A stretch of DNA of 64,000 nt from Glaucostegus cemiculus (lineage: Eukaryota): contig CDPCPM010000033.1 in assembly GCA_976551045.1 (NCBI GenBank), positions 5,146,001 through 5,210,000 on the forward strand, read 5' to 3'. Position numbers and translations under genes: made by a program. Positions 53,748-64,000 of this stretch are shown piece by piece. Each line of letters begins with the position of its first letter. The first letter of the stretch is position 1. The notes under the pieces were generated by a model. The model saw only the letters and a list, made by a program, of their open reading frames with translations, did not search any database and was not told the DNA's origin.

Positions 53748-54212
53748 TAATTATCATAGATTTATGAAAGGAAAATTATACTTGATTAATCTTCTGGAGT
53801 TCTTTGAGGATGTGATGAGTAGAATAGATACTGTATGGGCTAAATTTAGATTTCCACAAGGCTTGTGATTAGTCCCGCAGAAGACTTGGGCAACAAAGAG
53901 GAAGCATGCAGAATTGGGAGTAATATACTGAGATGGTTTGAAGATTGTATAGAAACCAATGATTGGGAATAAACTTTTTTTTTTCCATTTGTTAGCCTGT
54001 GACTAGTGAGTTACTGCAGGGACCAATTTTGGCCACTGCAGTTCAGAAGAATGAGGAGTGATCTCATCGAAACTTACAAATTTCTTACAGAGCTCAGCAG
54101 GCTAGATACAAGAAGGATCTTTCCTCCATCTGAGGAGTCCAGAACCAGAGCTCATGCTCTCAATTTAAGGGGTTTAAGGGACTGAAGTAATCAAAGATTT
54201 CTTCACTCAGAG
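53748..54212 (+). mobile_element. Decayed CR1 RT fragments
   Basis: HRFMKGKLYLINLLEFFEDV and RMRSDLIETYKF motifs. Confidence 0.7.
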
Positions 54213-54228
54213 ATGAATCAAACACAGA

Positions 54229-55228
54229 GCATAGAACAGTACAGCACTGGACAGGCCATTCAGTCCACATGTTGTGCTAATCTCAATGCCAGTTTATACT
54301 AAATGTCCTCCTCATGTGTATCATCCATATCCTTCCATTCCCTTTATATTCTTGTGTCTATCTAAAAGCCTCTTAAACTCCACCAAACTGTCTATTTCTA
54401 CAACTACCCCTGGTAATCCATTCCAGGCATCTACCACTCTCTGCATATAAAACTTGCCCCTCATGTTACCATTAAACTCCCCCCCCCCCACCTTAATAGC
54501 ATGTCCTTTGGTGTTTGACATTTCTACCTTGAGGAAAAGATTCTTATTGTCTACCCTATCTACAGTATGTCTCTCATTATTTAAAAAATCTCCAATATAC
54601 TTCCCTCAGCCAAGTTTGTCCAAACTTTCCTGAAAGGTCATACCCTCTTATCCAGGCAGCATCCTGGTAAACCTCTTCTGCACCCTTTCCATTGTCTCCA
54701 TATCCTTCCTATAATGGGGCAACCAGAACTGCTCACAATACTCCAAGTACAGTCTGACTAAAGTTTTATATAGCTGCAGCATAACTTCCTTACTCTTATA
54801 CTCAACACCCCTGGCAAGCATTCCGTACACCTTTTTTACCACCTTATCCACTTGTGTAGCCACTTTCAGTGATCTATGGACCTGGACCCCAAATCTCTCT
54901 GTACTGCAATGCTTTTAAGGGCCCTACTATTAACTGTATACTTTCTCCTTTCATTTGACCTCCCAAAGTGCAACACTTCACACCTGCCTGGATTAAACTC
55001 CATCTGCCTCTCTCTGCCCATATCTATAACTGAACTATTTTGCTCAGTACTTCCTAATCCACCCATTGACATTTCCATCAAAACATTGATATATATCATA
55101 AACAACAGAGGTCTCAGCACTGATCCATGAAGAACACCACTGGTTACAAACCTCCAGCCAGAATAACAGCCTTCTACCCCTATTCTCTGTCTTTTATGGG
55201 CAAGCCAGTTCTGAATCCATGGGATCCA
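54229..55228 (-). mobile_element. CR1 RT/3' fragment
   Basis: WIQNWLAHKRQRI, SGVLHGSVL, LYKTLVRLYLEYCEQFWLPHYRKD, RVVDAWNGLP. Confidence 0.9.
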
Positions 55229-55902
55229 GGGTAAATTGCTTAGGCCAAAGTCCAATTTTCACTGAGATGATGATTTTCCACCAGCAGTTGATGTTTGTCT
55301 CAGTGTGCATTCCATGGTATACCCCATTAAATAGAGGGTCCCATGTTACACAGTTTTTTGGGATGATCATCAACAAAGATCACTGCATCCCTTTCCAAAC
55401 CCTCTTGGAAGACATGCACTCTGGAAGGAACTGAATGACAATCTCATCTGCATCTGCATTTACTTAGTGAGAGGTTGTGATCCAAATGTAGCTAATTCAA
55501 TATTTTGCATCACAAACCTCTTGCTGTCAACACCTTTCAGGACAAGGTACATGATAGGAAGCATAAATATTCAGTCACACAAGGATAGTAAGATAGAATA
55601 TTTTAAAGTTCTTGTTTGTTTCCAAAATTACTTAATATCTTGACACTTAGTATAGATATAAAATGTGCTGATTGGAAAAGTCACAGTAACTGTGAGATGC
55701 CATCAGCATATTGGTGCAATGATTCTCATAGCAGAATCCTGAAGCTGATATCACCTTTGTTCTTATCAAATGTGACAGAATACAAAGACCAAATGGATAC
55801 CAGTGCATTGGGAATAAGAATATTTTGCTTGTGTAATGATAAGCCTTTGTGACTTGAGGACTATAATAAAAGCTGTTTTGTTATATTTTTGATTGACTTC
55901 AG

Positions 55903-56028
55903 CTCAGATTGCTTGTGGCACAGAAGACTTTCACTGTAAAGGCACAAGCAGATGTGTTCCTGCACGATGGAAATGTGATGGAGAGGATGACTGCGGAGAT
56001 GGATCTGATGAACCAAGAGAAGAATGTG
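55903..56028 (+). CDS. LRP1B: Exon M (126 nt): LDLa repeat of LRP1 'TQMTCG...EPKEEC' type
   Basis: acttcag|CT CAG ATT...GAA TGT G|gtatgt; [42 protein letters not shown]. Missed by the ORF track. Confidence 0.94.
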
Positions 56029-57399
56029 GTATGTTTTGTTTCGGGAATCTAAAGTGATAGCAAAACAAATTTAAATTATCAATGTCAATTATTGGTTATC
56101 CAGTGATTTCAAAGTATGTGTTCAAAGTCAACCCATGAGAAGATTTGATTTCTGAAAATCAGGATGAATTTTGCCATTTGGTTTTGAATATCGTTGCTTC
56201 CTGTCAGTCTTCCTGTCACCAGTGTTCTGCATGAAAACTCATAGGTACTTCAGAAAATTCTGACAGAGAAGAGGGTGTGGTCTACATTCCATTCAAAAAT
56301 TCTATTTATACCCCTACCCCTGAATTCCTGTCTTGAAGGGAATATGTCACTTGAAGAACAGAAATTTGTCATGACTCTGAGATGTCATTTCTATGATGAA
56401 TGTGAGATTGCGATCGATAATGCATGTTGTTTGGCTGCCTTAGGAAGCATTCAGGATCCAAAATAGCATCCAGTCTGTTGAATCACTTCTACCATGAACC
56501 ACACTGGATATGATTTGGTGAGTGGATTAGCCTATCTGCAGTAAATGTCAGAAAGGAAATATGCAGACCTGGAAAATGATGACATCACATTACCTCGATG
56601 CCAGCACTGCACTTTGGAGCTTAACATTCCAGCTAACAATCTCCCTTAGCCTTGCTTAGATCTCCCTTAGCCCCCTTAGCTTGCCAGGAATGACAACTGC
56701 CTGGCAATTCACTTACACCCTTCCCTCCACACACATATGAATGCTATTAAAGGGATCGTCAAATACTTATAAGCTGGTTGGTTGCAGCTGACTGGTGATA
56801 CACTTGTTTAATTGATCATTGCTTTCTACAGCAGACATGGTGTCTGAATTACAATCAACATACATGAATTAATTTTGCTTCACATTTCCTGATCCTGCTT
56901 TCAGGGGCTTTAACTCCCTATAACATCAGGACAGATCATACTGACCCATGTTGTGCTTTGCATTCATCTCTGCACACTCCTATGGCTGCTTTCAGTTTTT
57001 GTGACCCTCCAGCTCTAATCAAACTTGCAGCCTCATTTCTGTGGCTGTCCTTCAAAACAGATTAGTCTGTGAATGGTGACCAGATATCAAGAGGGGGAAC
57101 CTGAGGCTGCACCCCCAGGCCATTCCAACAAACTTCAGACAATTCACTCTGCCAAAGGATTTATAGTTAGGTTTCTTTGCAACCTCAAAGGAGGTCAATC
57201 AACTTTTTTTTAGTTATTTCTAAATGTTTCTGGTAATCAGATGTATATAAAATCTGTTCAAAGTGATAACTATAAAAATAATTTAATTTTCCTGCATGAG
57301 TATATCCAGATTCCTCTATTTTCTGCTTTACAGTTTCATTTACTAGTTTTTCACTATTTAAAAATACATTCTCTTTTACTCTTCCTTCCACTGAGGTGA

Positions 57400-57930
57400 A
57401 CATCTTATTTTTCCACATTATAGATATATGCCACCTTCATGCTTGCTCACTCACCCAATCCATGGCTCTCTGCATCTCCTCTCAGCTCATTTAGCTGTCT
57501 GATTTTGTATCATCAACAAACTTGACCACGTCACTATCTAACCTTTTGTCTAAATCATGAAAGTAGTAGGTAAATAGGTCAGAGCCCAATACTGATCCTT
57601 GTAGCATCCTGCTGGCCATGGACTGCTAACCTGAAAAAAAGCTCTGTTTATTCAACCATAAATGCTAATTCATTACTCCACCCCAATTCTTTGAATCCTT
57701 ATTTTTTTGTTACAACCTTTGTTAGGTGCCTTATGCCTTTTACCTTCATCGTAAATTACACCCTCAAAAACCTGTATGAGATTTTTCAGACACAATTTCC
57801 CTTTCATAAAACCTTGTTGATTTTGTCTAAATATATTACTATTTCCTGAAGGCCCTGTCACCATGCATTTAATAACGGATTTTGGCATTTTCCAACAACT
57901 TTGTCATATTAACTGGTCTGTAGCTTCATC
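57400..57930 (-). mobile_element. Decayed CR1 RT fragment
   Basis: QQGFMKGKLCLKNL motif in ORF 57673-57888; tcatcaacaaacttg is a degenerate KFADD. Confidence 0.6.
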
Positions 57931-57993
57931 TTTTCCCTCTTCAATTGCAATTGAGCACCTAGTACAATTGCAAGCATTGCAATGAAGACAGTA

Positions 57994-58255
57994 ATTAAAT
58001 TTAAAATTTTAAATTTTATTTACAGCATGGTAACAGGCCCTTTCGGCCCTCTGAGTCCACGCCGCCCATTTTAACCCCCCCAAATTAACCTACCCGTACG
58101 TCTTTCAGAACGTGGGAGGAAAACGGAGCACCCGGAGGAAACCCACGCAGACACGGGAGAACGTACAAACTCCTTACAGTCAGCGAAGGGAATCGAACCC
58201 CGATTGCTGGCGCTGTAACAGCGTCGCGCTAACCACTACGCTAACGTGCTGCCCC
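57994..58255 (-). mobile_element. Full-length young SINE, tail type B
   Basis: Near-exact reverse complement of 26841-27090 with CpGs retained (gggaatcgaaccccg, gcgctaacc). Confidence 0.9.
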
Positions 58256-58750
58256 AATGACACAGATATTTTTTAAAGTATGGAATGTATTGTGGATAAG
58301 CATTGAATTTTAATATATCAACAGCCACTAAAGTCATATCAAACCTGTGAAATTCAGAATACTTGAAGGAAAGTTATTCAACGAACATGACTCTACAGAT
58401 TTTTCATAGCATTAGGCTTTTAGTGTGGAGCTACCTGCAAGATTTCTTGGGATTTAAAATCAAGAAAGTAGTATGAGGAACTTGTAAGCAGAAATAATAT
58501 CTTCTGTACACTATGTAAATCCCATTGTTTGGTCTATCAGTTATTCATAGCACCATGCTTAGTGCAAGGCCCATGGCATGCCTTAGTGGTTTTTGGTTGA
58601 AAAGAGAGGTTAATCTGTTCTCTTGAAACAAGCAAGACTATTCGATTTATGTATTATATATATCCCGTGGAACTTTCCATTATAGACCTTTGACAGTTTG
58701 GTAATTGTAAGACATTCTTTTTTCCTTTTCCTGATTCATCTTCAAAGTAC

Positions 58751-59010
58751 ATTGTAGTAGTTAACGTAACATTTACAGCATCAGTAACCCGAGTTCAATT
58801 CTGGCCACTGTCAGTAAGGAGTTTGTACATTCTCCCTTTGTGTGGGTAGGTTTCCTCTGGATACTTCGGTTTCCTCCTCCATTCCAAAGACATAAAGGTT
58901 AGGAGCTGTGGGCATGCTATGTTGGTGCCAGAAGAGTGACAACACTTGCAGGCTGCACCCAGCATATTCTCAGTAACGCAAAAAAAGGATGTGTGATGAA
59001 TAAATAAATA
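58751..59010 (+). mobile_element. SINE, tail type A (decayed)
   Basis: gagttcaattctggccactgtcagtaaggagtttgtac...gggcatgctatgttggtgccagaag...acacttgcaggctgc. Confidence 0.8.
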
Positions 59011-59757
59011 TTTTGAAATAAATATATATATTTTGGGTATGCACTCATTTTGAAACAGTCAATCATAGAGCTCCTGGTTCATATAGTAATATTACATGTT
59101 TTACATTTTATGCAGAAAAATATGTCCCCTAAGTAAATTACTTATTTTGGTGAGAATTATGGATCTATTAGTTTTTGATAATTTTGATGGTAATAGGTAA
59201 ACAGATTTAATAGCCATTATCCTCCTTGGAAAAGGATAATAAATCAATATTTTATTTCAAACAAAATAATAAATCTTTTTAATATTTTGTTTCTTTCCCT
59301 TGGGATTTTTGTTCTTTGATTCACGCATCAGCATTGCCTAAGCTTTCAGAATCTAAATTTTTATTTCTGAGGCTGAAATATGTGTTTCATCAAATCTCCT
59401 GATAGTGAAAGGCTCCTGGCACTTTCTCAGAGCTGGTGTCAGCCTTTATACTTGAAAACCTATCTTTACTGTCTTAATCTTCAAATAATAAAGTTGATCT
59501 TTTAATGTTCTCCTTTTGTATGTGGAAAGCCTGCAATCATTACCATAATTTCTGTCTGATTTGATTTTCAATTAAATGTTCCCTCTTGAGCCTAGCTTAT
59601 CTGTTTCAGCATTCATATCTGTTTTATTTCCTAAACACTTTCTTATAGACACTATCAGAAGTATTACAGATGATATTAGAGTCTGGTGAATATTGAGCTG
59701 TATCTTCCTCGAAAAGCAACTGTGAGTTCACAGTAAATGCCAGTGTTAATGTGCAGA

Positions 59758-59864
59758 TTTTAAAAGCTACCTGATATGTAGCTTTTAAAAGGAATGGAGA
59801 TTTTAAATTGTTAAATATGAGTAAGTTTACTGTTAACTAAACTTGCTCATATTTAACAATTTAA
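59758..59864. repeat. Two adjacent inverted repeats (13-bp and 27-bp arms)
   Basis: ttttaaaagctac-ctgatat-gtagcttttaaaa (59758-59790, perfect); ttaaattgttaaatatgagtaagttta-ctgttaac-taaacttgctcatatttaacaatttaa (59803-59864, one T/G pair). Confidence 0.9.
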
Positions 59865-61225
59865 GTATCCATTTAACAATTATGATAATTATTGGTTCAA
59901 AGTTAATTGACTTCTTCAGTTGTGTGTCTTTGTTGTGCCTTAACCCTTGATGAGGCAAATTTCGTGATTGTAATTTTTTTGTGCTCATTTCCCTTTCTAT
60001 TTGACTTGCTCTGTCCCTGAATCTTCACCTTCTGTCTCCCTTCTTACTTCTTAATTTTTACATTTTGACCCAAATTCTTCTTCAGACCTTTATTTCTTTC
60101 TCAAACCACATTGTTCAAAAAGTTAGATTGTTCAGCTAGTCACTCATTAATGCCTAAGTTGCCCTGTTGCCTTTATTCCATAGATACATCATTCCACACA
60201 TCACTTGCACATCAGTAGGATATGCTGAAAGTGTTGTTCAGACTGAAGGCTGATAGAAATATCGGACCTGTCATGATTCTGAGTACTGGCTCATGATTTG
60301 GTTCCTTAGATGCCTCGTTGTACAGCACATGGATTCCATGCTGGACTGATTGCATAATGACACACACCTGAGCCCCATTCGGGGCCTAGCATAAGTACCT
60401 GGGTTTCTCTAGCACTAGTTGCCAGAAGATTGGTCAACCTTCAGGTATACTTCAGCTCCTAGTTGCTTAGAGTGGTCTACTCCAGAGCAGTCCTGTGTTC
60501 TCTATTCCTGCTTGAAGATTCAGTTTGTGTTGGGATTACAACTCAGATCTCTGAGGCAAGATTTGCTTCCAGTGTTGCCTGTGTCTGGTCCTGAGGAAGT
60601 ATCCTGACTCCAGTCTTGTACCAGTGTGCCGCATTTGGGTTTTCTGTGATCTTGCTTCTCAATCAACATTGCGACAGGACTGAAAGTTTCTCTGCATTAA
60701 TTACCATCTGGATGCAGAGGCCTACCTTGTTGGCCCAAAGTGTTCCAGACTTCAGACCATTAGAAGGGTCTCCAGCAGATTTGCACACTGCCAAAGCTGT
60801 GAGAAATTTTTAATCAATCTATAAGTTCCTATTGCATTTAAAGACATTAACATTAATTAAATTATAGGAAAACTAGTTGAATGTTTTAATTATTTATCTT
60901 CTGTAATTTTTAGACTTAATTTTTAAACAGCCCAAATATTAAAAGTTGCTATATAACTACAATCCCCATTGGGCTCTCAGAACCTATGTCTTATATGATT
61001 GGGGATAAATACTGCAGAATTTCAGCAAGATGAATATCTGCCAATGGATTACACATAAGGTCCAAAAATAGATGAATCTGTCAATGGGTTCAGAATTCCA
61101 GATTTGGAAATGCATGCTTGGATGCCCAGTGCTAACTTTCATTTAAATTAGTAAATGCCAGCAGTTTCAAACAAAACCTTTTCAGCTGATTTAGCCCAAT
61201 ATGTTTCTGAGCTCTGAAATAAAAT

Positions 61226-61700
61226 GGGTAGCACAGCAGTGCTCCAGGTAATGCAGCTGCCTCACACCTCCAATGGCTTGGGTTTGATTTTGTCAACTGG
61301 TGCTGTTTCTGTGGAGTTTACGTGCTCCTTGTGGGTTTCCTCCACATTCCAAAGACGTGCTGATTGTTATGTTAATTGGCCCTTGTAAATTTCTCCACAT
61401 GCAGGTGGCTAATGAAAGAATCAGTGGATATGAATGAGAAGTTGTGAGAGAATAGATTACAGGGAAATAAGTATGAGAATGGGATTGGTCAGATTGTTCT
61501 GAGAGCCAGAATAGATTCAGTTAGTTAAGTACTCTCAGAATCAGTTTTATTGTCACAACCATATACAGACAGTATGCATAGGAGCGAGATACCGTCCTCC
61601 TCAGGTGCACGTCCCATTAAATAACAAACAGAAGAGACACACAGACACACTGAACAAAAAAAAACTCTCTTTCTACATCATTGGGGAAATATGGAAAACA
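61226..61700 (+). mobile_element. Older HE1-like SINE interrupted by a Rex1/Babar tail fragment
   Basis: gctgcctcacacctcc...ccacattccaaagacgtgc...tgtaaatt; its end gggaaatatggaaa matches 34341-34354. Confidence 0.7.
61537..61663 (-). mobile_element. Rex1/Babar-type 3' tail fragment
   Basis: agaatcagttttattgtcac..ccatatac..cagtatgcat..gag is homologous to 25788-25840; flanked by actctc at 61531-61536 and 61664-61669. Confidence 0.65.
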
Positions 61701-61970
61701 ATGTTGTAGCTAATCCTTAATTCTGCTCTGGAAACATATCATACTTCTATCAATCTTTATTGCACCATGTATTCTCATAGAATCATAGAAACATGCCCTC
61801 AGCCCATTGATCTCATGCTGACCATCAAGCACCAATTTACGTGAAACCATTTTATTCTTCCCACATTACTATCAACTCCCTTCAGAAACTACCACTCACC
61901 GAAATGTAGGGAAATGTCAATTACAATTAGCATACCAACCCAAATTTCTTTATGAGATGAGATGAGATAT

Positions 61971-63000
61971 TCTCGTATTCTGAGTAAGGATTGTATTCTG
62001 AGTGGAGGTCAGTGACCAGTGGTGTGCCTCAGGGGTCTGTACTGGGACCCTTACTCCTTGTGATTTTTATAAACAACCTGGATGAGGAAGTGGAGGGTGG
62101 GTTAGTGAGTTTACGGATGACACAAAGGTTGGGGGTGGTGGAGGGCTGTCAGAGTTTACGCAGGGACATAGATAGGATGCAGAGTTGGGCTGAGAAGTGA
62201 CAGATGCAGTTCAACCCAGAAAAATGTGAAGTGGTTCATTTTGGTAGGTTGAATATGCTGGCAGAATATAGTATTAATGGTAGGACTCTTGGCAGTGTGG
62301 AGGATCAGAGGGATCTTGGGGTCCGGGTCCATAGGACGCTCAAGGCGGCTGCGCAGGTTGACTCTGTGGTTAAGAAGGCATATGGTGCATTGTCCTTCAT
62401 CAGTCGCGGGATTGAATTTAGGAGCTGAGAGGTATTGCTTCAGTTATATAGGTCCCTGGTCAGACCCCACTTGGAGTATTGTGCTCAGTTCAGGTCTCAT
62501 TACTACAGGAAAGATGTGGAAGCCATAGAGAGGGTGCAGAGGAGGTTTATGAGGATGCTTTCTGGAATGCAGAGCATGCCTTATGAGGTTGCAGGAACTC
62601 GGCCTTTTCTCCTTGGAGAGAAGGAGGATGAGGGGGGACCTGATAGAGGTATATAAAGATGATGAGAGGTATTGATCGGGTAGATAGTCAGAAGCTTTTC
62701 CCCAGGACTGAAATGGTGGCCACAAGAGGATATAGGTTTAAGGTGCTGGGGAATAGATATAGAGGAGATGTCAGGGATAGGTATTTTTACTCAGAGAGTG
62801 GTGAGTGCGTGGAATGGGCTGCCGGAAGCAGTGGTGGAGGCGGATATGATAGGGTCTTTCAAGAGACGGTTAGATAGTTGCATGGAGATAAGTAAAATAG
62901 AGGGCTATGGGTAAGCCTAGTAATTTCTAGTGTAGGGACATGTTCAGCACAGCTTTGTGGGCCAAAGGGCCTGAATTGTGCTGTAGCTTTTCTATGTTCT
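61971..63000 (+). mobile_element. CR1 RT/3' fragment
   Basis: SGVPQGSVLGPLL, MQFNPEKCEVVHFG, RPHLEYCAQF; 3' end gggccaaagggcctg...ttctatgttct. Confidence 0.92.
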
Positions 63001-63283
63001 ATATCTTTATTAGTCACGTGTACATCGAAACACACAGTAAAATACACTTTTTTGCATAAAGTGTTCTGAGAGCAGCCCGCAAGTGTCACTACGCTTCTGG
63101 TGCCAACATAGCATGCCCACAACTTCCTAACCTGTATATCTTTGGAATGTGGGAGGAAACCGGACACCTGGAGGAAACTCGCAAACACAGGAGAGAATGT
63201 ACAAACTCCTTACAGACAGTGGCCAGAATTGATTCCCAGGTTTCTGGCACTGTAATAGCATTAGGCTAACCATTACACTACCA
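63001..63283 (-). mobile_element. SINE, tail type A (its (atctc)n tail displaced to 61952-61970 by the CR1)
   Basis: Reverse complement of the 166-482 family; begins atatctttattagtcac. Confidence 0.88.
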
Positions 63284-64000
63284 TGTGAGAAAACCCACAG
63301 AGTCATTGGGGGAACATGCAAGTTCCACACAGACAACAGTGGAGGTCAGGATAGAATCTGGGTCACTGTAGCTTTGAGACAGCAGCTCTACCAGTTGCAC
63401 CACCATGCCTTCCATTATAAACATTGTTGTAAATTCTCTGAATCTTTTCCACAGCACAGCACAGTCTTAAGAGTTCAATCCTGGATTCTTTGTATTCCCT
63501 GGGGTACTTCAAAAGTCAATGAAGGTGAAGAGCAAATATATTTGAAATTCAACAGCTCTCCATGTTGGTATTCTCAACACAGATGTCCTCCCTGTGCGTG
63601 ACTTTTTTTTTCCTGAAACTGTTACTGCACTACTATGAACTTCCTATTGATTGTTTTAGCTGGAATCATTGGAATTCCAGATGTAGTCAGTAACACTTCA
63701 CTTTCTTGGTTAGAATTATAATAATAACTAGTTTGGCAAGCCAAGTTATATTTTTCATAATTTTAATGGGAGAAAAACAATGTAATTTTCACCTGTAGAT
63801 ATCCTAAAAAATTTCACATATATTCAGCAAATTCTTCCAGCAACAAAAGATCTGATGACCTGCTAAAAGCTCATAGTTCTGCTAGGAACTGTTGGCGTTG
63901 ACCTCATTAATTGAGGACAACCTGCATGATCACATGAGTATTTCAAGTGAGGTTAACTGGACAGTGGGTAGAAGAAAACATTTTGGATGATTTCCCTTGC

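Larger units (their letters stand above)
10557..56028 (+). other. LRP1B: Partial multi-exon LRP1B-like (LRP1 family) gene; 13 coding exons, continues beyond both window ends
   Basis: 13 exons with AG/GT boundaries splice into one open frame of 1887 nt (phase 1 to phase 1), in LRP1-family order LDLa-EGF-EGF-YWTD propeller-EGF-LDLa x5. LRP1B-type motifs: [56 protein letters not shown]. The family call is near certain; the paralogue call is less so. Confidence 0.8.
61778..63410 (-). mobile_element. Older HE1-like SINE split into 61778-61950 and 63284-63410
   Basis: Left part matches the 3' part of 48412-48590; right part gaaaacccac...gaacatgcaagttccacacagac...ggtcaggatagaatctggg is the head. 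Confidence 0.65.

Noticed and set aside
55905-55907. Alternative CAG acceptor 5 nt into exon M
   Set aside because: Frameshifting, and the first AG after the pyrimidine tract is normally used; no support.
148-63601. The many 60-190 aa ORFs in the supplied track
   Set aside because: Apart from those overlapping the exons or LINE remnants, they have no recognisable domain; many are antisense shadows of CR1 ORFs or read through SINEs.
56029-64000. Next LDLa exon (expected D..TC.P..F.CKNN.C type)
   Set aside because: Not found by eye; presumably downstream of the window.

Overview
Eukaryotic, AT-rich vertebrate genomic DNA. The repeat content (HE1/V-SINE-type tRNA SINEs, CR1, Rex1/Babar, Penelope) points to an elasmobranch, probably a ray or sawfish; that assignment is inference. 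The whole window lies inside one + strand gene of the LRP1/LRP1B family. I can splice 13 GT-AG exons (10557-56028, 1887 nt, phase-compatible, no stops). They encode an LDLa repeat, two EGF repeats, a complete YWTD beta-propeller, an EGF repeat and the first five LDLa repeats of ligand-binding cluster IV. Propeller/EGF residues resemble LRP1B, but several exon lengths and the cluster-IV repeats resemble LRP1. One whole LDLa exon (55903-56028) has, from my recollection of the human proteins, a counterpart in LRP1 but not in human LRP1B. The introns hold CR1, Rex1/Babar, RTE, L1/Tx1 and Penelope fragments, two solo-LTR candidates and several SINEs. Most notable: one SINE head/core carrying two alternative tails (CR1-like versus Rex1/Babar-like), several multi-level nested insertions with visible TSDs, a palindrome cluster with a 27-bp-stem hairpin, and a candidate 16-nt poison micro-exon. 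No prokaryotic features, CRISPR arrays, rRNA or true tRNA genes. Most ORFs in the supplied track are spurious or TE-derived. Comparisons to human LRP1/LRP1B and to TE families are from memory, not from a search.
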